Made by a program: the position numbers and the translations under genes
Notes under the pieces: model-generated
What the model was told of the DNA's origin: nothing
The model's input: the letters and a program-made list of their open reading frames with translations, nothing else
Database searches by the model: none
In this document: in pieces, positions 27,405-38,210 of the stretch
How positions within the stretch are numbered: position 1 is the stretch's first letter
How the letters are laid out: every line of letters starts with the position of its first letter
Assembly: GCA_041746255.1 (NCBI GenBank)
Contig: JBGTHM010000124.1
Coordinates: forward strand, 1 to 39,458
Source of the DNA: Fibrobacteria bacterium
GTDB taxonomy: Bacteria > Fibrobacterota > Fibrobacteria > UBA11236
Direction of reading: 5' to 3'
Length of the DNA: 39,458 nucleotides

Positions 27405-28061
27405 TCAATTCTCCCAGCCCTCTTTGCCCACCAGGGGAACAAAACGGCAATCCCCCAAATCGGTTTCTACAAAAGTATCACCTTGGCGGTCGATTTGCAT
27501 TAATTTTTGCAGGTTTCTTTCGCCACAGGGCAAAATCAACCTTCCCCCATCCGCAAGTTGAGCCTTGAGCCGACCGGAAACCACCGGGGCGCCGGCTGTT
27601 ACGATGATGCGATCGAAAGGGGCCCAACTTTCCCACCCCAGACTACCATCCCCTATTTTGAAAATGATATTGCGGTACCCCAAACCCGCCAGATGGCTCT
27701 GCGCTCGCTTGGCCAGCTCGGAAAACCGCTCCACGGAGTAAAGGCGTCGGGTGAAACCCGCCAAAATAGCCGTTTGGTAGCCGGAGCCGGTGCCGATTTC
27801 CAGAATTTTATCGTCATCTCGGGGATTCAAGGCATGGGTCATCATGGCAACCATACTGGGTTGGGAAATGGTCTGCTCCGAACCGATGGGGAGAGCCTGG
27901 TCTCGGTAGGCCTGGTTTTGCAAAGCCGAGTCCACGAATCCATGCCGGGGAACCGTCTCCATGATTTTGCGCAAGCGCTCGTTTTCAATTCCGAGATTCT
28001 TCCAAATTCGCTCTACCATATGCAATCTAGCGGTCGCTAGTCCGTCCATATCAGGTTCCAA
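27405..28061 (-). CDS. pcm: Protein-L-isoaspartate O-methyltransferase
   Basis: VPRHGFV, QTISQP, LEIGTGSGYQ, GDGSLGW, APFDRIIVTA and FVPL. Confidence 0.95.
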   Translation of the reverse strand: MEPDMDGLATARLHMVERIWKNLGIENERLRKIMETVPRHGFVDSALQNQAYRDQALPIGSEQTISQPSMVAMMTHALNPRDDDKILEIGTGSGYQTAILAGFTRRLYSVERFSELAKRAQSHLAGLGYRNIIFKIGDGSLGWESWAPFDRIIVTAGAPVVSGRLKAQLADGGRLILPCGERNLQKLMQIDRQGDTFVETDLGDCRFVPLVGKEGWEN

Positions 28062-28732
28062 TACATTTTGAGAAAACGGAGGGTATCTCGAAAAAGACGC
28101 ATGTGACTGCCATTATCCGTATATAAAGTACGCACCGGAGTCGTTTCCAGGCTATATCCCCGACAACTGGCCAATACCAGCACCCGGGGCTCCCATTCGA
28201 AACGTCCCGACTCGGGAAGTCCCGGACCTTCCAGGAGTCGCAAATTGTACATCCGAAACCCACATTGGGCATCGTGGACGGGCTGACCGGCAGCCCATGA
28301 AAGCATGCTTGTAGTCGTCCAGTTGCTGAACCGCCTATGCCAAGGCATGGTGGACCCGGCAATTCTACGCTTTCCCACCACCACGCCGACTCGATCATTT
28401 TCACAAAAGGGGGGGAATCCGAAAATATCTTCGACATCATGTTGTCCATCGGCATCCAAGCTTATCGCCCAAACTCGTCCATCCAAGCGAAGCTGTTTCA
28501 GTCCCGTGGACAAGGCAGCGCCTTTTCCCTGATTGGAGCCATGCCGAATGACCTTCACGCCCGCTTTTTCCGCCACCGACGCGGTTGCGTCCCGGGAGCC
28601 GTCATCCACGACCACCACCTGTGCATCCGGTAACATATCCCGTAACCGCCCTAACAACGGCGCCAGGGTTTTTTCCGCATTATAGGCGGGGATTACCACT
28701 CCGCAGGATTCGGGGAGGCCGGGATTGGGCAT
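28037..28732 (-). CDS. GT2 glycosyltransferase (DPM1-like)
   Basis: VVIPAYN, VVDDGSRD, NQGKGAAL, LDADGQH and DAQCGFR. Likely start is ATG 28732. Confidence 0.9.
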   Translation of the reverse strand: MPNPGLPESCGVVIPAYNAEKTLAPLLGRLRDMLPDAQVVVVDDGSRDATASVAEKAGVKVIRHGSNQGKGAALSTGLKQLRLDGRVWAISLDADGQHDVEDIFGFPPFCENDRVGVVVGKRRIAGSTMPWHRRFSNWTTTSMLSWAAGQPVHDAQCGFRMYNLRLLEGPGLPESGRFEWEPRVLVLASCRGYSLETTPVRTLYTDNGSHMRLFRDTLRFLKMYWNLIWTD

Positions 28733-29442
28733 GCTGAATCTTTCACAAGGATATAAATATCGATAGCTCCGGCCATTCCCGGCCAATGATGAGCTTGTTT
28801 CTCCATTAAGAACCCCCTCGCTATCGCCAAATCACCAAAATTCTCTGCCGAACTGCGTCCGGCATCGCTCGCAAGCGCCTTTCCCTCGGCGGCGAGATGG
28901 CGCTGAAGAAAGTCGAGTACCATCGTAATGTTTTCACGAGCATAGAGCATATCCCCCATGAGAATCAGATCGAATTCCATTCGAGAAGGGAAAGATGAGA
29001 GATCAGCACACATCACCTGAGCAACAGCTTGCCTCGACCTGAGGTTGAGTGCAGCGAGTCGGCAAGCATCTTCATTGAAATCACAAGCAAATAGCCGAAA
29101 ACCCATTTCATGGAAAAGCAGGCCCAAAAACCCGTTGCCGCATCCCAGGTCCAACGTATTCTCAGGAGGTTTTTTCCAATTTTGCAACAGAAAGTGACCC
29201 AGCGCGAAATTGGCTTTCCATTCTTCCAGCCAATAGGGCCACCTCCTTTCCGTCAGCCCCCTTTCCGCTACGATGTCCTCCAGATTGTCGGAAGAAGTAG
29301 GAACATTGAGAAGATTTATCGTCCGGCTTCCCAAATTGACCGCGACCTCCGTGAGGGGGAAAGCTTTAGTTCCAATTTGGAAATGCTTCACGCTGTTTAC
29401 CACCTCTTGAATGCGTTCAATGGAGGTAGCAAATGAATGCAT
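28693..29442 (-). CDS. Class I SAM-dependent methyltransferase (Methyltransf_16 / METTL21-like)
   Basis: PYW..EW, LDLGCGNG and DLILMGDMLY. Confidence 0.8.
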   Translation of the reverse strand: MHSFATSIERIQEVVNSVKHFQIGTKAFPLTEVAVNLGSRTINLLNVPTSSDNLEDIVAERGLTERRWPYWLEEWKANFALGHFLLQNWKKPPENTLDLGCGNGFLGLLFHEMGFRLFACDFNEDACRLAALNLRSRQAVAQVMCADLSSFPSRMEFDLILMGDMLYARENITMVLDFLQRHLAAEGKALASDAGRSSAENFGDLAIARGFLMEKQAHHWPGMAGAIDIYILVKDSACPIPASPNPAEW

Positions 29443-29470
29443 CGCGAAAAAGGTGTAGAATGGAGGAGTT

Positions 29471-31075
29471 ATGCTCTTGCGCTCTACCCTCCTGCTCGCA
29501 ATTCCAGTCCTTTTCGGGGCATGTTCTCTGAATATCCAGGACCCGGAGGAAGAGATCCGTAAAAAAATCCAGGAAAAGTCCCCCTGGGCAATGGCGGGAT
29601 TGGAAGGGACTTGGTTGGGCGACAGCTCTTATACCCTCCAAGATGTCAAACCCACCTTGATATCAGGGGCCAATCGCACTGTCCTCCACATTTACCCCGA
29701 TTCCAGTTGGAGTGCGACGGACCCCCTCAAACTTTTTGCTCCCTCCAGTCCGCGAGGAATTCTGCGCATGGGACGTGATTCCCTCTGGCTATACCTGGGA
29801 GCGGAAAAGAACCTGCCCAACAAAAAACTATCCGCAACCTTGCGCTTTATGGGGAATTATCTTGAAATTTTCGACCCGGCTGCCAACAGACATTCCTTCT
29901 TCCACAAAGCTCCCGGCATCGATACCGCCACATGGCCCCTCTTGCTCACCTCGGACCTTTGGGAGTGGAAAGCCCGCAGGGCGCCCAATCATACCCTCGA
30001 TTCACTCCAACCCAGCGGAACCTTTGAATACCTCACGTTCTCTCCGGAAAAATTCAACCGTGAGATAAACAACCAGGGATATGCAAGCACCGAAACCGGG
30101 AATTGGGCGTTGCAGAAAAAAAATCTCACCCTGGGTGGCGACAGCCCGAAAATATACCGCGCTGATCTTTTCCATAAGGATTCCTTGCGGCTTTGGCCTA
30201 TGTTGGACGGAAGGCCGATATCCCCCTTTCAACTCTATCTCAGAACCAAGGAAAAATCGTCTCGCTATTTAAGAGTGAACGACATTCTGGGATATTGGAG
30301 AACCGATACGTTGACCGTGAGGCAGGAGACCATTGTAATGCATCCCGGCCGCCATTATGATTTGGAAATTGATACGGGTTTTACCATTCGAACTTTCTCA
30401 AATATCGACACTCTCATGCGTTACGGCTCCTGGCACGCCGATTCAGGTTGGCTCCGGTTACGTCCCGCCCTTCCAACCGGTACCTCAACTCCAAAGTCGC
30501 CGGAACGCTTTAGGGTAAACCATGCCTCCGCCAACACGCTTTTATTAACCGCAGCCGGAGCCGACCCTGTTCCCGGTTGGAGATTACGCATGACGCGCAT
30601 AGATAAATCCGTGGTGATGGCTAATCCCCTGGACCGTTTTCCCGATGCGGACTACGCCCATATCCACATTGGTACCGATACCCTGCGGTTTTATCACCGC
30701 GGAAATTACCAGGCGGGTAGCCTGGAGAGATTCGAGTTGTCTGCAGCGCCTACCGGATCCGAATGGCTGGTCCTTTCCTTTAATCCTCAATCGGAATCCT
30801 TCCTCGGCAACCAGCCGGGATTTATCTTCCGTTTCAACCATACCGTGGGTGTCCGCAAAGGGGTTTATCGGTCTCTGCCCAATCTAAACTTCGTATTACG
30901 GGCAACTGGGGAAGCCACTGGAAAAAAACTGGCTGGTGAATTCACCGGAAGAGTAGCTCGCTACGCTGATAACTCGACGCAAAACCCGTCGGACTCCGTG
31001 GATATACTTGGAACCTTCCGGATTAACAGGACCGCTGCCGGAGCGTTACGGGCGCCTCTATGGGTTCTACCGTAG
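29471..31075 (+). CDS. Lipoprotein of unknown function, possibly with tandem lipocalin-like domains
   Basis: GGAGG SD, lipobox LFGAC, and recurring G.W starts (LEGTW, SDLWEW, ILGYW). Confidence 0.7.
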   Translation: MLLRSTLLLAIPVLFGACSLNIQDPEEEIRKKIQEKSPWAMAGLEGTWLGDSSYTLQDVKPTLISGANRTVLHIYPDSSWSATDPLKLFAPSSPRGILRMGRDSLWLYLGAEKNLPNKKLSATLRFMGNYLEIFDPAANRHSFFHKAPGIDTATWPLLLTSDLWEWKARRAPNHTLDSLQPSGTFEYLTFSPEKFNREINNQGYASTETGNWALQKKNLTLGGDSPKIYRADLFHKDSLRLWPMLDGRPISPFQLYLRTKEKSSRYLRVNDILGYWRTDTLTVRQETIVMHPGRHYDLEIDTGFTIRTFSNIDTLMRYGSWHADSGWLRLRPALPTGTSTPKSPERFRVNHASANTLLLTAAGADPVPGWRLRMTRIDKSVVMANPLDRFPDADYAHIHIGTDTLRFYHRGNYQAGSLERFELSAAPTGSEWLVLSFNPQSESFLGNQPGFIFRFNHTVGVRKGVYRSLPNLNFVLRATGEATGKKLAGEFTGRVARYADNSTQNPSDSVDILGTFRINRTAAGALRAPLWVLP

Positions 31076-31090
31076 ACTGGTTGAGTTACG

Positions 31091-32026
31091 GTGAGATTAG
31101 ACGAGTCCCTTCCCCGCCCTCCGCTCTCCCTCCTGATACCCACCTATGGGAGGCCGTTGCTTATTTGGGATACCGCCAGGGCCTTGCTGAATCAATTCCG
31201 GGGGGATGACGAGCTTGTGATCGTAGACCAAAATCATCCGCCCCTGCAGGTTCCCTCGGATTGCGAGGTTACCTCGCTGCGACTGCTGCGCCAGGAGATT
31301 CCCGGATTGACACGCGCCCGGAACCTGGCCCTTTCCTCAGCGCGGCACGCTTCCATACTGTTTTTGGACGACGACATAATACCGGCCCAGGATTTGTTGC
31401 AACGGTTTCGCGAAGCCGTCGCCATGGATTCCCATTGCGTTTGGGCCGGGGCGGTAGATCAGGACGATATTCCGGAATTCCAAGGTGTCGGATTCGTGGA
31501 TTTGAATTCAGGGGAAATCCGCACTCGCTTCGATTTTCACAAAGAAGGCGATCTACCCTTCTTTTCGGGTTGTCATGCCCTGCTTCCCCGCAAGGCTCTG
31601 CCGGATCCGCCGGTATTCTGTGAACATTTCCGCGGCAATGCCCAAGGCGAAGAAATTGATTTGGCGCTACGCCTGAAAAAAAGGGGGATTCGCATTCGGG
31701 CTTTGCCGAAGGCAAGGGTCCATCACTTGAAAATTCCCGCTGGGGGGTGCCGAACCGATGCGTATCGGCGTCGTTTCCATCTCGACTTCTGTTATAACGA
31801 AGGTTTATTTTTCGGCCGTCATGGAAGGTTAGGGAAGCTCCCCAACTTCTTTAGCCGAATCAAGGGTTTTTTGGAATTTCATACCCGTAAAAAGCAGGGT
31901 GGCCATTCGGTATTACAGGTAATGGCGGGTGTTTATCAAATGGCCGCGGGGCTTTGCCGGGGAATTTCCGCCCGCCCGGCTTTAAAGTCCGAAGCCAAGC
32001 CAGGTCTTAGGAAGGCAAATGGCTAA
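31091..32026 (+). CDS. GT2 glycosyltransferase
   Basis: LLIPTYGR, VIVDQ, ARNLAL, LFLDDD and GEEIDLALR. Confidence 0.85.
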   Translation: MRLDESLPRPPLSLLIPTYGRPLLIWDTARALLNQFRGDDELVIVDQNHPPLQVPSDCEVTSLRLLRQEIPGLTRARNLALSSARHASILFLDDDIIPAQDLLQRFREAVAMDSHCVWAGAVDQDDIPEFQGVGFVDLNSGEIRTRFDFHKEGDLPFFSGCHALLPRKALPDPPVFCEHFRGNAQGEEIDLALRLKKRGIRIRALPKARVHHLKIPAGGCRTDAYRRRFHLDFCYNEGLFFGRHGRLGKLPNFFSRIKGFLEFHTRKKQGGHSVLQVMAGVYQMAAGLCRGISARPALKSEAKPGLRKANG

Positions 32027-32856
32027 GTCCGTTCCAGATAATATTTTCCGGCTTCGCACGTCAGGCGAATCGATTTTCCCGGCAAGTCCAAGCTGATCCC
32101 GGATTGCAGCTTTTCCACAGCTGACCGGCAATCTTTTCCCTCACCGAGGTGATGTTCCAGAATCAAATTCACCGACACCAATCCCCGCTGTAAGGCTTTG
32201 CGAAAGGCTTCGCCTGTCTCGAACTCACGCAACCGATTGCTCCAAGTGGGATCGATAAAATGGGGTCGGAAACGGACGCCGGGAAACGCTTGGGAAAGAC
32301 GTCGAAACCGCTCCAGGTTTTCGCGACTGTCATCATAAAAGGAGATGTCGTTATAGCCTCGCCTGATCAACTCCTCAGCGACTACCGCCGCCTTGCGATC
32401 CGATACCGGCAGTGCTGAAAAGGGACCGCCTTTATCCTTGTACCGCATGAATCGTGAGTCCGATACCGTGAAGATAAGGTCTTTTCGCAACCGGATTCCA
32501 AAAAGCCCCTGGAACAGGCGGATGAGAAACGCGGCATGGCCCTGTTTGTGGGGACGCGCCGTAAGGATACCGAATCGGCTGCGGGTACCGCGTTGCATTA
32601 TGGTTTCGATTATTTGGCGGGTATATTTAACCACGATTCCTTTAGAGAGGATTCCGACATCCGAGAATTGCGCGAAATCGAAGATTTCACCCTCGGCCAG
32701 GCGATAATCCGTGAATTTTGCTGTAGAGAGTTCCCTTAGGCAATTTCCCTGTGCATTCCGGACTTGAATTCGGGCAGGTGTCACCAGGAGCGTCTCGTCA
32801 ACATCGAAGAGATGCAAGCTCTTACGAGCGGGCGTAGGCGCATCTTTCCCCATCAT
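32023..32856 (-). CDS. HAD-superfamily phosphohydrolase-like protein
   Basis: Motif I FDVDETL, motif II ILTAR, motif III Lys (DRKA) and motif IV FYDDS. Likely start 32856 or 32853. Confidence 0.75.
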   Translation of the reverse strand: MMGKDAPTPARKSLHLFDVDETLLVTPARIQVRNAQGNCLRELSTAKFTDYRLAEGEIFDFAQFSDVGILSKGIVVKYTRQIIETIMQRGTRSRFGILTARPHKQGHAAFLIRLFQGLFGIRLRKDLIFTVSDSRFMRYKDKGGPFSALPVSDRKAAVVAEELIRRGYNDISFYDDSRENLERFRRLSQAFPGVRFRPHFIDPTWSNRLREFETGEAFRKALQRGLVSVNLILEHHLGEGKDCRSAVEKLQSGISLDLPGKSIRLTCEAGKYYLERT

Positions 32857-32863
32857 TTGCCCC

Positions 32864-35359
32864 TTGGCTGCATTGGATAAATGGTCTTTCACAAGCTATT
32901 TTATCACGCTATTCAAGCGGGCCCATTCTGTGTTCACAATAATCTGCAAGGTTTTCCACCTTCTGCACAACCGACCTCGAACCGTCCTGGCATTGGCCTG
33001 CCTGGCGACTGTTTGGAGTTTGTTTCAAGTTCGCCACCTTAATATAAAAACCGCTTTCAGCGATCTGCTGCCCGGCAATTTCCGCAGCGTCGAATTGCTC
33101 CAGCGTATCGAGGAAAAATTCGGAGGATTGGGTAACCTTGCCATTGTAATCCATTCCGATGATCCGGAGGCGAATAAACGTGCCGTGCATTTTTTCCATG
33201 AAAACCTACGCTCCCACCCGGACGTAAATTTCGTGGAATTCCGCACCGAAGCGGATTTCTACAGGCAACATAAGTTGCTGTATATCAGCCTGGCAGATCT
33301 CGAAGAAGTCGCAAGCCGGGTGGAAACGGGGTTCTGGCTCAGCGAGAGAAAACACAATCCTCTCATCATTAACCTCCTGGACGACAATGAAAGGGAGGTC
33401 TCGTGGGAAGCCACCAGTTTCGATGATTTGGAGAAGAAGTACTTTTCGCGACTGCAGGAATATCTCGGAACTCCAGATGAAAAAATTCTGGTCGTGCGTG
33501 TCTTTCCCGGTTTCGACATCACCGATATCCAACGGTCCCGCCGCTTTTTTGCCGACGTCAGAGTCGTGGCCGAGCAATTGCGTTTGACGGCACCGGGAGC
33601 AATGGAAATCCATTATTCCGGAGACGTACTGAATAATATCCACAATGAAGGGCGGCTCTATTCCGGTATCATCACTTCCGGAAAACAATCGTTGATATGG
33701 GTCGCTCTGTTTCTCCTCCTCTATTTCATTCGCATACCCTTCGGAGCTTTGCTGGCGGGCATTCCGCTTCTCATGGCGGTGGCTTGGACTCTCGCCTTGA
33801 CTTATGTGACTATCGGCCATCTCTCCATCATATCGGCTTCTTTGGGATTCGTGTTGGTCGGTCTGGGTCTGGACGCCTCCATACACCTTCTGTCCCGGTA
33901 CCGGGAGGAAAGGCTCAAGCGCCTAAGCGCCCAAGTGGCCTTCGAAACCATCATTTTGGAAACCGGTCCGGCCATAACCACCAGCGTGCTAATCAGCGCG
34001 GGGGCGTTCCTATCCCTGCTTGTCACCGATTTCAAGGGGTTTGCGGAATTCGGATTGATGGCGGGAATGGGCATGCTTTCCACCTTGATTGCCAGTTTAG
34101 TGGTTTACCCCTGTATCCTCATCCTGGCTGAACCGGCAGGATTAATTCCGGTCTTCGGCAAAACCCTTTACAATTTCAATTTGTTTAAAAGCCGGCCCTA
34201 CCCGCATTGGAGAATTCATGCGGGAATCGTTTTACTGCTTACGTCGGTTTTCTGCCTGCGCGGAATCCAGACCCATTTCGAATTCAGTTTTGATAAACTG
34301 TCTTTCACCAGCCGCAATTTGGCCGCCGACTCCCTTCTGCACCGGGCCGGGGTGGAACTGGCTCCACCGGCGGTAGTAATGACCCCCAACCATGACGAAG
34401 CGCAACGGGTAGCCGATAAGTTACGGCGGCGTAAAGCCGTCGACTCGCTGACCCCCACCATTCAAACTGTGATGACCCTGTCGGACTTGCTTCCTGCGGA
34501 TCAAGACGAAAAGCTCGCGTTGATCGAAAAAATCAAGGCGGCGGTCCCTCCCGGAACCATCGAAAGCGCCCGCGAACCACTTCGTTCCAATTTGATCAAA
34601 CTCCGGGACAGCTGGGATGTGCGCAAGTTGGAGGTTGAGGATTTACCCGAAATTTACCGGCGGAAGTTCTTGGGACGCGACGCCGAATCGGGCCAATTCA
34701 CTTTCATCTTTCCTTCCCAGGATTTGCGGCAGGGTTGGAGTCTCATGGCTTTCGCAAACGACGTACGGGATATTCGCCTGGACGACACCGTGTACCATGC
34801 TTCGGGAGTACCCGTGGTCCAGGCCGATTTGCTGAGTCTTATCATTCCGGACACGGGCCAGGCCGCAATGCTGGCACTCGGAATCATTTTTCTGCTCTGC
34901 TTTTTGGATACTCGTTCCATAAAAGGAGCGGTGGTGCTTGCCGTACCGGTTCTAGTGGGAATAATCTGGACACTGGGAATCATGAAATGGGCCGATATGC
35001 GGCTTAATTACTACAACTTGATGGCCTTCCCAGCCATGCTGGGACTTGGCATCAATAATAGCGTACACCTCTATCACCGATACGTGGAAGAAGGCAAAGG
35101 TTCGCTGTTTTTCGTATTGCGCCGGACGGGAGAAATCATCACCGTCGCCTCCTTGGTCGGTATGGCCGCCTTTTTCGGTTTTATTTTCTCGGATCATTCC
35201 GGATTGGCTTCCCTGGGTATCACCGCCGTGGTGGGAATATCCATGTCTTTGCTGGCTCCCCTGCTGATCATGCCGCTGGTTTTCGGTTTCATGGAGGAAA
35301 AACATCTGGGGAAAATGCCCGACGCCTGGGATTCTCCCCTTGCTTCGGCAGACGCCTAG
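32864..35359 (+). CDS. MMPL/RND-family lipid exporter (HpnN-like architecture)
   Basis: Two repeats of a periplasmic loop plus TM bundle; [30 protein letters not shown] and HSGLASLG. The true start is probably a little downstream. Confidence 0.88.
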   Translation: MAALDKWSFTSYFITLFKRAHSVFTIICKVFHLLHNRPRTVLALACLATVWSLFQVRHLNIKTAFSDLLPGNFRSVELLQRIEEKFGGLGNLAIVIHSDDPEANKRAVHFFHENLRSHPDVNFVEFRTEADFYRQHKLLYISLADLEEVASRVETGFWLSERKHNPLIINLLDDNEREVSWEATSFDDLEKKYFSRLQEYLGTPDEKILVVRVFPGFDITDIQRSRRFFADVRVVAEQLRLTAPGAMEIHYSGDVLNNIHNEGRLYSGIITSGKQSLIWVALFLLLYFIRIPFGALLAGIPLLMAVAWTLALTYVTIGHLSIISASLGFVLVGLGLDASIHLLSRYREERLKRLSAQVAFETIILETGPAITTSVLISAGAFLSLLVTDFKGFAEFGLMAGMGMLSTLIASLVVYPCILILAEPAGLIPVFGKTLYNFNLFKSRPYPHWRIHAGIVLLLTSVFCLRGIQTHFEFSFDKLSFTSRNLAADSLLHRAGVELAPPAVVMTPNHDEAQRVADKLRRRKAVDSLTPTIQTVMTLSDLLPADQDEKLALIEKIKAAVPPGTIESAREPLRSNLIKLRDSWDVRKLEVEDLPEIYRRKFLGRDAESGQFTFIFPSQDLRQGWSLMAFANDVRDIRLDDTVYHASGVPVVQADLLSLIIPDTGQAAMLALGIIFLLCFLDTRSIKGAVVLAVPVLVGIIWTLGIMKWADMRLNYYNLMAFPAMLGLGINNSVHLYHRYVEEGKGSLFFVLRRTGEIITVASLVGMAAFFGFIFSDHSGLASLGITAVVGISMSLLAPLLIMPLVFGFMEEKHLGKMPDAWDSPLASADA

Positions 35360-36783
35360 TAGCGTAAATTTCCCGGTGTGCGCGGAAAGGGAATAACGTC
35401 GCGAATATTTGCCATACCCGTGACAAATTGAACGAGTCGTTCAAAGCCAAGTCCGAAGCCGGCATGCGGAACGGAACCGAAGCGGCGTAAATCGAGGTAC
35501 CAGTCCAGTCCTTCCGGCGGAACCGAAGATTCCGCCATGCGGGTTTTCAGAACTTCTTCCCTCTCCTCCCGCTGCGAACCGCCGATTATCTCGCCGATTT
35601 TCGGAAGCAGAACATCCATGGCGCGTACCGTTTCCCCATCGTCGTTCACTTTCATGTAAAAGGCTTTAATGCCCTTGGGATAATCCGTCAGTACCACGGG
35701 AACTTTAAAGACCTCCTCCGTGAGGAAGCGCTCGTGCTCGGATTGCAAATCAACTCCCCAATGCACGGGAAATTGGAATCGACCCGACTCTTTTTCCAGT
35801 ATGGCAATGGCTTCGGTATAAGTCAGGCGCTTGAAATCGCTGGCGGCGATGGCCGTCAAGGTGTCCACCACGGTTGCATCGATGCGCTGCCGGAAGAATT
35901 CCATATCTTCCGGGCATCTTTCCAGCACGGTTTTGAAAAGGAATTTGAGAAAGGCCTCCGCCAATTCGATATCGTCTTCCAGGTCCGCGAATGCCATTTC
36001 GGGTTCGACCATCCAGAATTCCGCGAGATGGCGGGAGGTATGGGAGTTCTCCGCACGGAAGGTGGGGCCGAAAGTGTAGACATCCCCCAGGCTTAAGGCA
36101 TAGCTTTCCGCCTCTAGTTGCCCACTAACCGTGAGGTTGGCTCGGTTTCCGAAAAAGTCCTGGCTAAAGTCGACTCCCGCTTCGTTTCGCGGCGGCTTTT
36201 CCAAATCCAGAGTCGTGACTTGAAAGGTTTTTCCTGCTCCTTCGGCGTCATTGGAGGTGATTATGGGCGTGTGGATCCATAAAAAACCGCGGGTTTGAAA
36301 AAATTCATGGACAGCGGAAGAGAGCACATTGCGGACCCGGGCGATGGCGCCGAAAGTATTGGTTCTACCGCGCAAATGCGCTACCTCGCGCAGGTATTCG
36401 AAACTCATTTTCTGTTTACCGATGGGATAGGCTTGCGCGTCGCTGGCACCCAAAATCCTTATGGAATCCGCTTGTATTTCAACCCCCTGTTTTTTCCCTT
36501 GGGAAGGCGTTACCGTCCCCATGACGGCGACCGAGGCGCCCTGGTGGATATGCAAAACATCGGATTCGTAATTGCTCAGGGCCGCAGGAGCCACCACTTG
36601 AATATTCTGCAAACAGGATCCGTCGTTCAATTCCAGGAAGGAAAAACCTCCTTTGGAGTCTCTACGGGTTCGCACCCAGCCTTTTACTTCCACTTTTTGA
36701 CCGCTGGTTCCGGACCCCAAAATTCCGGCGATTTTTTGCCGACCCATTCTCTCGCTCATTGAAAGCTCCCTCGTTTCCTCCAT
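35356..36783 (-). CDS. asnS: Asparagine--tRNA ligase
   Basis: [47 protein letters not shown] and [11 protein letters not shown]. Confidence 0.97.
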   Translation of the reverse strand: MEETRELSMSERMGRQKIAGILGSGTSGQKVEVKGWVRTRRDSKGGFSFLELNDGSCLQNIQVVAPAALSNYESDVLHIHQGASVAVMGTVTPSQGKKQGVEIQADSIRILGASDAQAYPIGKQKMSFEYLREVAHLRGRTNTFGAIARVRNVLSSAVHEFFQTRGFLWIHTPIITSNDAEGAGKTFQVTTLDLEKPPRNEAGVDFSQDFFGNRANLTVSGQLEAESYALSLGDVYTFGPTFRAENSHTSRHLAEFWMVEPEMAFADLEDDIELAEAFLKFLFKTVLERCPEDMEFFRQRIDATVVDTLTAIAASDFKRLTYTEAIAILEKESGRFQFPVHWGVDLQSEHERFLTEEVFKVPVVLTDYPKGIKAFYMKVNDDGETVRAMDVLLPKIGEIIGGSQREEREEVLKTRMAESSVPPEGLDWYLDLRRFGSVPHAGFGLGFERLVQFVTGMANIRDVIPFPRTPGNLRY

Positions 36784-36901
36784 TTTAGCTTTTTAGGGGC
36801 ATTGTCGACAGATCTTGTGGTTATTCGGCCGTTTATCAGGAAATTGCCATTCACTGCTTCCTGGTAAAGAGAAAGGGGATATTCGCTGGGATATCATGGG
36901 G

Positions 36902-37121
36902 GCGGGGGCTCCACGCCGGGGAGGTTTTTTCGGCGCGCTCCGCCCAATCCGCTTTGCGGTGCGGGCGCCAGCGAACTCTGCCGCCGGAAAACCAGCGGGC
37001 CACAATCCCGCTTTGCGGGCTGGGCCCGCCCGGCGGCCTCAAACAGACGCCGGCTTATGCCCTTCGCAAAGCGGGGGCTTCGCTAAAGGCCGAAAAAATC
37101 TCCCCGGCGTTGAGCCCCCGC
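36902..37121. repeat. 220-bp nested palindromic element (MITE/REP-like or structured RNA)
   Basis: 33-bp terminal inverted repeats (36902-36934 and 37089-37121, 2 mismatches) enclose three hairpin arms capped by CGC-TTT/AAA-GCG. Confidence 0.8.
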
Positions 37122-37282
37122 GCTGGTATTCCCCGGGGTTCGCCATGGTACAACGGTAGCATGTTCCCTGTCCCGCTGAACTCAAGTTTCTCCTGAAAAA
37201 CCTATAGGATATCCATGGGGGGCCTTAAATCATCTACCAAACTAGTAGGTGATTTGTTATTTTAAAGAAATGGCTTAGCCAT

Positions 37283-38158
37283 ATGCAGATGAAGCGGTCG
37301 GAATTGGCTGGCCGAAAATTCATGGTGGAGATGGGCCCGGATAATGTGAAAAAGATGAATAGCACTCCACAGGCACCAACTACCCCTACTGCGGGAAGCA
37401 CTTCCGAGCAGGAATCATCGCCTTATAGCCGAAAAATCGCCCAATTGGCGGCGCAACCCAAGCATCGGGGCGCCTTTTTTACCGAGGATGCCACCTCCAA
37501 GAATCTGGCGTTGATTACAGCCAAATTCAAAGACATCAAGATTTACTGGATGGTGGACCCGCATTCCGACCTCATTTACGATGCAAAATTCTTTTCCTAT
37601 GGCGGACCGGTTTCGGTGGCCATGGGCGAAGCCCTGAGTTCCCTGGTCAAAGGCATGAAGGTCGAAACGGCGCAGGGTCTGCGTATCGACCAACTGGAAG
37701 AAATGCTGCGCGATGAAGCCGATAAGCCGGCGGTTGTGGGCGATAAGCAATTGGCTTTCGGGTCTCTGCCTGGCTTGCTGGACCAGGTGAACGAAGTTTA
37801 CCCTCCGGCCAAAGCCTTGTCGTTAGCCTCTATCCAAATGCGGGAAAGCAATGCGCCCAAACCCAGGCAAACGGGTTTCGCGGAATTGACGGCGGCGGAT
37901 TCCGAATGGTTGGAAAGAGACAAGGAAGAGCAAATCAAATTGATAGACGAGGTGTTGACCCGTGATGTCAGGCCCGGCTTGAATATGGACGGCGGCGATA
38001 TGCAAATCCTGGATTTGGAAGCCGGAACCAAATTGCTGGTGAAATACGAAGGTGCTTGTGGGGGATGCGGTTCGGCGACAGGCGCCACCCTCGCCTTTAT
38101 CGAAGATACCTTAAGGCGCGAAATTTATCGGGAGATGCAAGTGGTGCCCTTGCCTTAG
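37283..38158 (+). CDS. NifU-like protein: Cys-less IscU-like N-domain plus Nfu C-domain
   Basis: C-domain VRPGLNMDGGD...YEGACGGC. N-domain YSRKI...IYDAKFFSYG. Start may be ATG 37355. Confidence 0.85.
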   Translation: MQMKRSELAGRKFMVEMGPDNVKKMNSTPQAPTTPTAGSTSEQESSPYSRKIAQLAAQPKHRGAFFTEDATSKNLALITAKFKDIKIYWMVDPHSDLIYDAKFFSYGGPVSVAMGEALSSLVKGMKVETAQGLRIDQLEEMLRDEADKPAVVGDKQLAFGSLPGLLDQVNEVYPPAKALSLASIQMRESNAPKPRQTGFAELTAADSEWLERDKEEQIKLIDEVLTRDVRPGLNMDGGDMQILDLEAGTKLLVKYEGACGGCGSATGATLAFIEDTLRREIYREMQVVPLP

Positions 38159-38210
38159 AGCACGATTGCGAAGTAAAAGGCAATCACTGGGTCCACATGG
38201 AGAATAAAGC

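Noticed and set aside
36793..37196. Short overlapping ORFs between asnS and the nifU-like gene
   Set aside because: They are low-complexity translations of the GC-rich palindromic element with no protein motifs.
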